Shown here: in pieces, positions 1 to 5,572 of the stretch
Layout: each line of letters begins with the position of its first letter
Numbering within the stretch: position 1 is the stretch's first letter
Source: a virus
Lineage: Duplodnaviria > Heunggongvirae > Uroviricota > Caudoviricetes
IMG/VR virus record: IMGVR_UViG_2698536418_000006
Coordinates: 1-5,572 of that record
DNA: 5,572 nucleotides
Direction: 5' to 3' (one strand)
Program-made: the position numbers and the translations under genes
The notes under the pieces: model-generated
Told to the model about the DNA's origin: nothing
Databases searched by the model: none
What the model saw: the letters and a program-made list of their open reading frames with translations, nothing else

Positions 1-1
1 C

Positions 2-382
2 CGGAAACTGGTAAAGGAACGGTCCAGACTGAAACGGGCCACGGTCAGAAATCCGAATGCCAGAATTATCGTTAACCGCGGTGATCTCCCGGTGATTAAG
101 CTGGGGATCAGGATGCCGGGGCGTCGTCCGGACAGCATACTCAAAGCCGGTCAGCATCGTTATCAGCGGGCATTTATTCAGCGATTAAAAAATGGTCGCT
201 GGCATGTCATGCAGCGTGTGGCCGGGAAAAACCGTTACCCCATTGATGTGGTGAAAATCCCGATGGCGGCCCCACTGAAACAGGCGTTTGATGAGAATGT
301 TGACCGTATCCGGCGTGAACGCCTGCCCGGAGAACTGGCATATGCGCTGAAACAACAACTGAGGATTGCGATAAAACGATGA
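2..382 (+). CDS. Z: Minor tail / tail completion protein Z, 5' partial (runs off the window start)
   Basis: Frame 2 is open from nt 2 with no stop; the track ORF at 92 begins at an internal GTG. The stop TGA 380-382 overlaps the U start (ATGA). Its position immediately upstream of U matches the lambda order; I do not recall the Z sequence itself as well as the others. Confidence 0.8.
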   Translation, partial: RKLVKERSRLKRATVRNPNARIIVNRGDLPVIKLGIRMPGRRPDSILKAGQHRYQRAFIQRLKNGRWHVMQRVAGKNRYPIDVVKIPMAAPLKQAFDENVDRIRRERLPGELAYALKQQLRIAIKR

Positions 383-774
383 AACATACTGATATCCGTG
401 CTGCAGTGCTGGATGCACTGGAGCTGCATGAACACGGGGCGACGCTGTTTGATGGTCGCCCCGTTGTTTTTGACGAAGAGGATTTTCCCGCGGTCGCGGT
501 TTATCTGACGGATGCAGAGTATACCGGTGAAGAGCTGGATGCGGATACCTGGCGGGCCACACTGCATATTGAAGTTTTCCTGCCTGCTCAGGTGCCGGAT
601 TCAGAGCTGGATTCGTGGATGGAGTCCCGGATTTATCCGGCGATGTCCGCGATCCCTGCACTGGCAGGGATGATTACCACGATGGTTCAGCAGGGCTATG
701 ACTATCGTCGTGATGACGATATGGCGTTATGGAGCTCTGCAGATTTGACTTATTCCATTACATACGAGATGTGA
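379..774 (+). CDS. U: Tail terminator (tail tube-terminating) protein U, 131 aa
   Basis: 131-aa ORF, the same length as lambda gpU, with near-identical blocks as I recall them ([79 protein letters not shown]). ATG overlaps the Z stop. Confidence 0.95.
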   Translation: MKHTDIRAAVLDALELHEHGATLFDGRPVVFDEEDFPAVAVYLTDAEYTGEELDADTWRATLHIEVFLPAQVPDSELDSWMESRIYPAMSAIPALAGMITTMVQQGYDYRRDDDMALWSSADLTYSITYEM

Positions 775-781
775 GGACGAT

Positions 782-1534
782 ATGCCAACACCAAATCCCC
801 TGGCGCCGGTAAAAGGTGCCGGTACCACTCTGTGGGTTTACACCGGCAAGGGTGATGCTTATGCAAACCCGTTGTCAGATGATGACTGGCAGCGACTGGC
901 TAAGGTGAAGGATCTGACGCCGGGCGAGATGACGGCAGAATCCTACGATGATAACTACCTGGATGATGAAGACGCGGACTGGAGCGCGACCGGGCAGGGA
1001 CAGAAATCTGCAGGTGATACCAGTTTTACACTGGCCTGGAAACCGGGAGAAGAAGGTCAGAAAGGGCTTATAGGCTGGTTTGAAAGCGGGGATGTGCGGG
1101 CCTATAAAATCCGTTTTCCGAATGGCACGGTGGATGTGTTTCGTGGCTGGATCAGCAGTATCGGTAAGGCAGTGACGGCGAAAGAAGTGATCACCCGAAC
1201 AGTGAAAGTGACCAACGTGGGCAAACCTTCCGTGGCGGAAGAACGCAGCGAAATTACGCCGGCCACTGCAATTAAGGTGACACCGACATCCGGTACCGTG
1301 GAAAAAGGAAAAACAACCACCCTGACTGTTTCTTTTGAGCCGGAAAGTGCAACCGACAAGACGTTCAGAGCGGTTTCCGCCGATCCGTCGAAAGCCACCA
1401 TTAGTGTGAAAGATATGACAATTACGGTAAACGGCGTGGCGACAGGTAAGGTGCAGATCCCTGTGGTGAGCGGAAATGGTCAGTTCGCCGCAGTGGCTGA
1501 AGTCACCGTTACTGAAGCGGGCGCTGCAGGGTAA
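782..1534 (+). CDS. V: Major tail tube protein V, 250 aa
   Basis: Lambda gpV-like sequence and position. GAGGA at 771-775 lies 6 nt upstream of ATG 782. The C-terminal third is T/V/S-rich and beta-strand-like, consistent with the Ig-like domain of gpV. Confidence 0.95.
   Translation: MPTPNPLAPVKGAGTTLWVYTGKGDAYANPLSDDDWQRLAKVKDLTPGEMTAESYDDNYLDDEDADWSATGQGQKSAGDTSFTLAWKPGEEGQKGLIGWFESGDVRAYKIRFPNGTVDVFRGWISSIGKAVTAKEVITRTVKVTNVGKPSVAEERSEITPATAIKVTPTSGTVEKGKTTTLTVSFEPESATDKTFRAVSADPSKATISVKDMTITVNGVATGKVQIPVVSGNGQFAAVAEVTVTEAGAAG
1253..1516 (+). other. V: C-terminal Ig-like (Big_2-type) domain of the major tail protein V, about residues 158-245
   Basis: The segment [87 protein letters not shown] has the alternating hydrophobic/T/S pattern of bacterial Ig-like domains; lambda gpV is known to carry one at its C-terminus. 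Boundaries are approximate. Confidence 0.7.
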
Positions 1535-1536
1535 AC

Positions 1537-1541
1537 GGAGG
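1537..1541 (+). promoter_or_regulatory. Shine-Dalgarno (GGAGG) for G, 6 nt upstream of ATG 1548
   Basis: Direct read of the sequence acGGAGGtaatacATG. Confidence 0.75.
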
Positions 1542-1547
1542 TAATAC

Positions 1548-1979
1548 ATGTTTCTGAAAACAGAACAATTTGAATATAACGGTGTGTCCGTCACGCTTTC
1601 CGAGCTGTCTGCGCTGCAGCGTATTGAGCATCTTGCCCTCCTGAAACGGCGTGCAGAACAGGCAGAATCCAGCGGCAACCTGCAGGTAAGCGTGGAAGAT
1701 CTCGTCAGAACCGGCGCGTTTCTGGTGGCGATGTCCCTGTGGCATAACCATCCGCAGAAAACGGCATCACCGTCAATGAATGAGGCTGTGATGCAGATCG
1801 AACAGGAGGTGCTCACCACCTGGCCTGCGGATGCCATTGCCCGGGCGGAAGATGTGGTGTTGCGTCTGTCCGGGATGAGCGGGGCTGTTCATGCGGATAC
1901 TGACAGCACCGAAGTGGCGAAAAATAACGCACTGACTGATGATGATTTTTCTGCGGGAAAGTCTTCGACGGCGAGCTGA
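1548..1979 (+). CDS. G: Tail assembly chaperone G, 143 aa
   Basis: Lambda gpG-like sequence (MFLKTE.FE.NGV.VTLSELSALQRIEHLAL.KR.AEQAES, RTGAFLVAMSLWHNHPQKT, SMNEAV.QIEQEVLTTWP, ending SAGK.ST.S). The slippery heptamer sits 6 codons before the stop TGA 1977-1979. Confidence 0.93.
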   Translation: MFLKTEQFEYNGVSVTLSELSALQRIEHLALLKRRAEQAESSGNLQVSVEDLVRTGAFLVAMSLWHNHPQKTASPSMNEAVMQIEQEVLTTWPADAIARAEDVVLRLSGMSGAVHADTDSTEVAKNNALTDDDFSAGKSSTAS

Positions 1980-2419
1980 ATTTTGCCCTCAGACTGGCGC
2001 GTGAGATGGGGAGGCCTGACTGGCGCGCCATGCTTGCCGGGATGACATCCACCGAATATGCCGACTGGCGACATTTTTACCGTACGCATTATTTTCACGA
2101 TACCCAACTGGATATGCATTTTTCCGGGCTGACGTACGCCGTACTCAGCCTGTTTTTTTGCGATCCGGATATGCATCCCTCTGATTTCAGTCTGCTTGCC
2201 CCCCGGCGTGAGGAAGCGCAGACGGAGATGCCGGATGAGGAAAAAATGCTGATGCAGAAAGCGGCAGGACTTGCCGGAGGCGTACGGTTTGGTGGGGACG
2301 GAGGGCGTGAGATTTTATCGTCTGCGGATGTGGCGGATGTCAGCGAGGATGATGTCGCATTAATGATGGCTTCAGCGGGGATTCCGGGAGGTGTGAGATA
2401 TGTCCCAGCCGGTTGGTGA
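1548..2419 (+). CDS. T: Tail assembly chaperone G-T fusion made by the -1 frameshift at 1955-1961 (G frame 1548..1961 joined to the -1 frame 1961..2419); about 290 aa
   Basis: After the slip the -1 frame reads VFDGELNFALRLAREMGRPDWRAMLAGMTSTEYADW...GGVRFG...GGVRY, matching lambda gpT as I recall it. T has no independent start near the slip. Its stop TGA 2417-2419 overlaps the H start by 20 nt. Confidence 0.9.
1955..1961 (+). promoter_or_regulatory. Programmed -1 ribosomal frameshift slippery heptamer G GGA AAG (X XXY YYZ)
   Basis: GGGAAAG at 1955-1961 is phased in the G frame as G|GGA|AAG. The -1 frame opens at 1946 (after TGA 1943-1945) and runs to 2419. This is the same heptamer and arrangement as the lambda G/GT frameshift. 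Confidence 0.9.
2387..2391 (+). promoter_or_regulatory. Shine-Dalgarno (GGAGG) for H, 8 nt upstream of ATG 2400, inside the 3' end of T
   Basis: Direct read of the sequence ccgGGAGGtgtgagatATG. Confidence 0.7.
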
Positions 2420-4289
2420 TCTTGTTATTGACCTGAGTCTGGATGCGGTCCGTTTCGATGAGCAGATGAGCCGGGTAAGGCGTCATTTTTCCGGACTGGA
2501 GACTGACGCCAGAAAAACCGCCGGTGTCGTTGAGCAGAACCTGAGTCGTCAGGCGCTGGCTGCACAAAAAGCCGGGATTTCCGTCGGGCAGTATAAAGCG
2601 GCCATGCGAACCCTGCCCGCACAGTTTACGGATATCGCCACGCAGCTTGCCGGTGGTCAGAATCCCTGGCTGATCCTGCTGCAACAGGGCGGTCAGGTGA
2701 AGGACTCCTTCGGCGGGATGATCCCCATGTTCAGGGGACTTGCCGGTGCGATCACCCTGCCGATGGTGGGGGCCACCTCGCTGGCGGTGGCGACCGGTGC
2801 GCTGGCGTATGCCTGGTATCAGGGCAACTCAACCCTGTCCGATTTCAACAAAACGCTGGTCCTTTCCGGCAATCAGGCGGGACTGACGGCAGATCGTATT
2901 CTGGCCCTGTCCAGAGCCGGGCAGGCGGCAGGGCTGACGTTTAACCAGACCAGCGAGTCACTGACGGCGCTGGTGAATGCCGGTGTGCGTGGTGGTGAGC
3001 AGTTTGAGGCGATCAGCCAGAGTGTGGCGCGTTTCTCCTCTGCATCCGGCGTGGAGGTGGACAAGGTCGCTGAAGCCTTCGGGAAGCTGACCACAGACCC
3101 GACGTCGGGACTGACAGCGATGGCACGTCAGTTCCATAACGTGACGGCGGAGCAGATTGCGTATGTTGCTCAGTTGCAGCGTTCCGGAGATGAAGCCGGG
3201 GCATTGCAGGCGGCGAACGAGGCCGCAACGAAAGGGTTTGATGACCAGACCCGCCGCCTGAAAGAGAACATGGGCACGCTGGAGACCTGGGCAGACAGGA
3301 CTGCGCGGGCATTCAAATCCATGTGGGATGCGGTGCTGGATATCGGTCGTCCTGATACCGCGCAGGAGATGCTGATTAAGGCAGAGGCTGCGTTTAAGAA
3401 AGCAGACGACATCTGGAATCTGCGCAAGGATGATTATTTTGTTAACGATGAAGCGCGGGCGCGTTACTGGGATGATCGTGAAAAGGCCCGTCTTGCGCTT
3501 GAAGCCGCCCGAAAGAAGGCTGAGCAGCAGACTCAACAGGACAAAAATGCGCAGCAGCAGAGCGATACCGAAGCGTCACGGCTGAAATATACCGAAGAGG
3601 CGCAGAAGGCTTACGAACGGCTGCAGACGCCGCTGGAGAAATATACCGCCCGTCAGGAAGAACTGAACAAGGCACTGAAAGACGGGAAAATCCTGCAGGC
3701 GGATTACAACACGCTGATGGCGGCGGCGAAAAAGGATTATGAAGCGACGCTGAAAAAGCCGAAACAGTCCGGCGTGAAGGTGTCTGCGGGCGATCGTCAG
3801 GAAGACAGTGCTCATGCTGCCCTGCTGACGCTTCAGGCAGAACTCCGGACGCTGGAGAAGCATGCCGGAGCAAATGAGAAAATCAGCCAGCAGCGCCGGG
3901 ATTTGTGGAAGGCGGAGAGTCAGTTCGCGGTACTGGAGGAGGCGGCGCAACGTCGCCAGCTGTCTGCACAGGAGAAATCCCTGCTGGCGCATAAAGATGA
4001 GACGCTGGAGTACAAACGCCAGCTGGCTGCACTTGGCGACAAGGTTACGTATCAGGAGCGCCTGAACGCGCTGGCGCAGCAGGCGGATAAATTCGCACAG
4101 CAGCAACGGGCAAAACGGGCCGCCATTGATGCGAAAAGCCGGGGGCTGACTGACCGGCAGGCAGAACGGGAAGCCACGGAACAGCGCCTGAAGGAACAGT
4201 ATGGCGATAATCCGCTGGCGCTGAATAACGTCATGTCAGAGCAGAAAAAGACCTGGGCGGCTGAAGACCAGCTTCGCGGGAATGGCTGA
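2400..4289 (+). CDS. H: Tail tape measure protein H, 629 aa as encoded; C-terminally truncated by an out-of-frame duplication junction at 4282/4283
   Basis: N-terminus (M..PVGDLV.DLSLDA.RFDEQM.RVRRHFSG), a hydrophobic segment (GGMIPMFRGLAGAITLPMVGATSLAVATGALAYAWY) and a long K/E/Q/A-rich helical region match lambda gpH. The ORF ends ...AAEDQLRGNG* at TGA 4287-4289, where lambda H continues for about 225 more residues in my recollection. Confidence 0.92.
   Translation: MSQPVGDLVIDLSLDAVRFDEQMSRVRRHFSGLETDARKTAGVVEQNLSRQALAAQKAGISVGQYKAAMRTLPAQFTDIATQLAGGQNPWLILLQQGGQVKDSFGGMIPMFRGLAGAITLPMVGATSLAVATGALAYAWYQGNSTLSDFNKTLVLSGNQAGLTADRILALSRAGQAAGLTFNQTSESLTALVNAGVRGGEQFEAISQSVARFSSASGVEVDKVAEAFGKLTTDPTSGLTAMARQFHNVTAEQIAYVAQLQRSGDEAGALQAANEAATKGFDDQTRRLKENMGTLETWADRTARAFKSMWDAVLDIGRPDTAQEMLIKAEAAFKKADDIWNLRKDDYFVNDEARARYWDDREKARLALEAARKKAEQQTQQDKNAQQQSDTEASRLKYTEEAQKAYERLQTPLEKYTARQEELNKALKDGKILQADYNTLMAAAKKDYEATLKKPKQSGVKVSAGDRQEDSAHAALLTLQAELRTLEKHAGANEKISQQRRDLWKAESQFAVLEEAAQRRQLSAQEKSLLAHKDETLEYKRQLAALGDKVTYQERLNALAQQADKFAQQQRAKRAAIDAKSRGLTDRQAEREATEQRLKEQYGDNPLALNNVMSEQKKTWAAEDQLRGNG
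2667..4282. repeat. Tandem direct repeat, copy 1 (complete 1616-bp unit covering H codons 90-628)
   Basis: 2667..3956 aligns base-for-base with 4283..5572 at a constant 1616-nt offset, with no indels at any point I checked. Confidence 0.95.
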
Positions 4290-5572
4290 TCCTGCTGCAA
4301 CAGGGGGGGCAGGTGAAGGACTCCTTCGGCGGGATGATCCCCATGTTCAGGGGGCTTGCCGGTGCGATCACCCTGCCGATGGTGGGGGCCACCTCGCTGG
4401 CGGTGGCGACCGGTGCGCTGGCGTATGCCTGGTATCAGGGCAACTCAACCCTGTCCGATTTCAACAAAACGCTGGTCCTTTCCGGCAATCAGGCGGGACT
4501 GACGGCAGATCGTATGCTGGTCCTGTCCAGAGCCGGGCAGGCGGCAGGGCTGACGTTTAACCAGACCAGCGAGTCACTCAGCGCACTGGTTAAGGCGGGG
4601 GTAAGCGGTGAGGCTCAGATTGCGTCCATCAGCCAGAGTGTGGCGCGTTTCTCCTCTGCATCCGGCGTGGAGGTGGACAAGGTCGCTGAAGCCTTCGGGA
4701 AGCTGACCACAGACCCGACGTCGGGACTGACAGCGATGGCACGTCAGTTCCATAACGTGACGGCGGAGCAGATTGCGTATGTTGCTCAGTTGCAGCGTTC
4801 CGGAGATGAAGCCGGGGCATTGCAGGCGGCGAACGAGGCCGCAACGAAAGGGTTTGATGACCAGACCCGCCGCCTGAAAGAGAACATGGGCACGCTGGAA
4901 ACCTGGGCAGACAGGACAGCACGGGCATTCAAATCCATGTGGGATGCGGTGCTGGATATTGGTCGTCCTGATACCGCGCAGGAGATGCTGATTAAGGCAG
5001 AGGCCGCGTTTAAGAAAGCGGACGATATCTGGAATCTGCGCAAGGATGATTATTTTGTTAACGATGAAGCGCGGGCGCGTTACTGGGATGATCGTGAAAA
5101 GGCCCGTCTTGCGCTTGAAGCCGCCCGAAAGAAGGCTGAGCAGCAGACTCAACAGGACAAAAATGCGCAGCAGCAGAGCGATACCGAAGCGTCACGGCTG
5201 AAATATACCGAAGAGGCGCAGAAGGCTTACGAACGCCTGCAGACGCCGCTGGAGAAATATACCGCCCGTCAGGAAGAACTGAATAAGGCACTGAAAGACG
5301 GGAAAATCCTGCAGGCAGATTACAACACGCTGATGGCGGCGGCGAAAAAGGATTATGAAGCGACGCTGAAAAAGCCGAAACAGTCCGGCGTGAAGGTGTC
5401 TGCGGGCGATCGTCAGGAAGACAGTGCTCATGCTGCCCTGCTGACGCTTCAGGCTGCACTCCGGACGCTGGAGAGGCATGCCGGAGCAAATGAGAAAATC
5501 AGCCAGCAGCGCCGGGATTTGTGGAAGGCGGAGAGTCAGTTCGCGGTACTGGAGGAGGCGGCGCAACGTCGC
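4283..5572. repeat. Tandem direct repeat, copy 2 (first 1290 bp visible; continues beyond the window)
   Basis: Repeats tggctgatcctgctgcaacag...gcggcgcaacgtcgc of copy 1 with scattered substitutions and one divergent patch. Confidence 0.95.
4283..5572 (+). pseudogene. H: Second copy of the tape measure coding sequence (H residues 90 to about 519), open in frame 2 to the window edge with no in-window stop; out of frame with upstream H. Either a disrupted H remnant or an N-terminally truncated H if expressed from an internal start.
   Basis: Frame 2 translates as WLILLQQGGQVKDSFGGMIPMFRGLAGAITLPMVGATSLAV... through ...QFAVLEEAAQRR with no stop from 4265 to 5572. The first in-frame candidate starts are GTG 4313 and ATG 4334. 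It is absent from the ORF track only because it has no stop in the window. Confidence 0.55.

Larger units (their letters stand above)
1..5572 (+). mobile_element. Lambdoid phage/prophage late region (tail assembly module), partial at both ends
   Basis: Co-linear Z-U-V-G-GT-H gene order on one strand with lambda-like protein sequences, a conserved frameshift site and compact, translationally coupled organisation. Confidence 0.9.

Noticed and set aside
185-2684. Minus-strand ORFs overlapping Z, U, V, G and T (185..661, 235..567, 875..1837 at 320 aa, 1102..1401, 1509..1751, 1813..2052, 1889..2176, 2340..2684, 2425..2622)
   Set aside because: They lie antisense to strongly supported, homology-backed + strand genes. 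Their translations are Arg/Cys/Ser/Pro-rich low-complexity sequence typical of the reverse frames of GC-rich coding DNA, and they lack plausible start contexts. A long antisense ORF (320 aa) is not unusual opposite a gene with biased codon usage.
3480-4280. K/E/Q/A-rich repetitive-looking stretch of H as a possible low-complexity repeat or separate coiled-coil gene
   Set aside because: This is the expected extended alpha-helical region of a tape measure protein, contiguous in frame with the recognisable H N-terminus, and not an independent feature.
4265-4290. Possible programmed frameshift or stop-codon readthrough that would rejoin H to copy 2
   Set aside because: A -1 shift would be needed before TGA 4287, but the preceding sequence (cgc ggg aat ggc tga) contains no X XXY YYZ slippery heptamer, and the G7 run lies downstream of the stop. 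There is no sequence support for recoding here.
3862-4560. Plus-strand ORFs 3862..4065 (67 aa, Arg-rich) and 4282..4560 (92 aa, Gly/Ala-rich)
   Set aside because: Both are in alternative frames of the H sequence (the second lies within copy 2, whose conserved frame is frame 2, not frame 1). Their composition is low-complexity and they have no ribosome-binding site; they are alternative-frame artefacts.
2873-5566. Paired minus-strand ORFs that look like a duplicated gene family (2958..3536 and 4574..5152, both 192 aa; 3013..3312 and 4629..4928; 3170..3427 and 4786..5043; 3442..3873 and 5058..5489; 3576..4106 and 5192..5566), plus 2873..3094 and 4052..4300
   Set aside because: Each pair is offset by exactly 1616 nt, so the pairing is a by-product of the H tandem duplication, and all are antisense to the tape measure reading frame. 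They are not an independent paralogous family or a toxin/defence cassette.
2667-5572. Direct repeats as a possible CRISPR array or insertion sequence
   Set aside because: There are only two very long (over 1.2 kb) coding-sequence copies with no short repeat-spacer periodicity, no terminal inverted repeats, no transposase and no target-site duplication. It is a segmental duplication of a structural gene.

Overview
This window is the tail-morphogenesis block of a lambda-like (lambdoid) phage or prophage, all on the + strand in the canonical lambda order: Z (5' partial) - U - V - G - G-T (-1 frameshift fusion) - H (tape measure). The genes are tightly packed with overlapping or closely spaced stop/start codons and Shine-Dalgarno motifs, and the G GGA AAG slippery heptamer for the G/GT frameshift is intact. 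The proteins are recognisably lambda Z/U/V/G/T/H but carry many substitutions in U, V and G, so this is a lambda relative rather than lambda itself. The main anomaly is in the tape measure gene: the segment starting at H codon 90 (2667..4282) is repeated head-to-tail from 4283 to the window end, with a constant 1616-nt offset. Because 1616 is not a multiple of 3, the H frame hits a TGA two codons past the junction, giving a 629-aa product (lambda H is about 853 aa as I recall it). The second copy stays open in another frame to the window edge. The two copies are not identical (roughly 97-98% by eye), with the differences concentrated in one short patch, which argues against a simple recent duplication. 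I cannot tell from sequence alone whether this is a real rearrangement, a hybrid between two resident lambdoid prophages, or an assembly chimera. I see no evidence of a novel defence or other system; all minus-strand ORFs are antisense artefacts of the tail genes.
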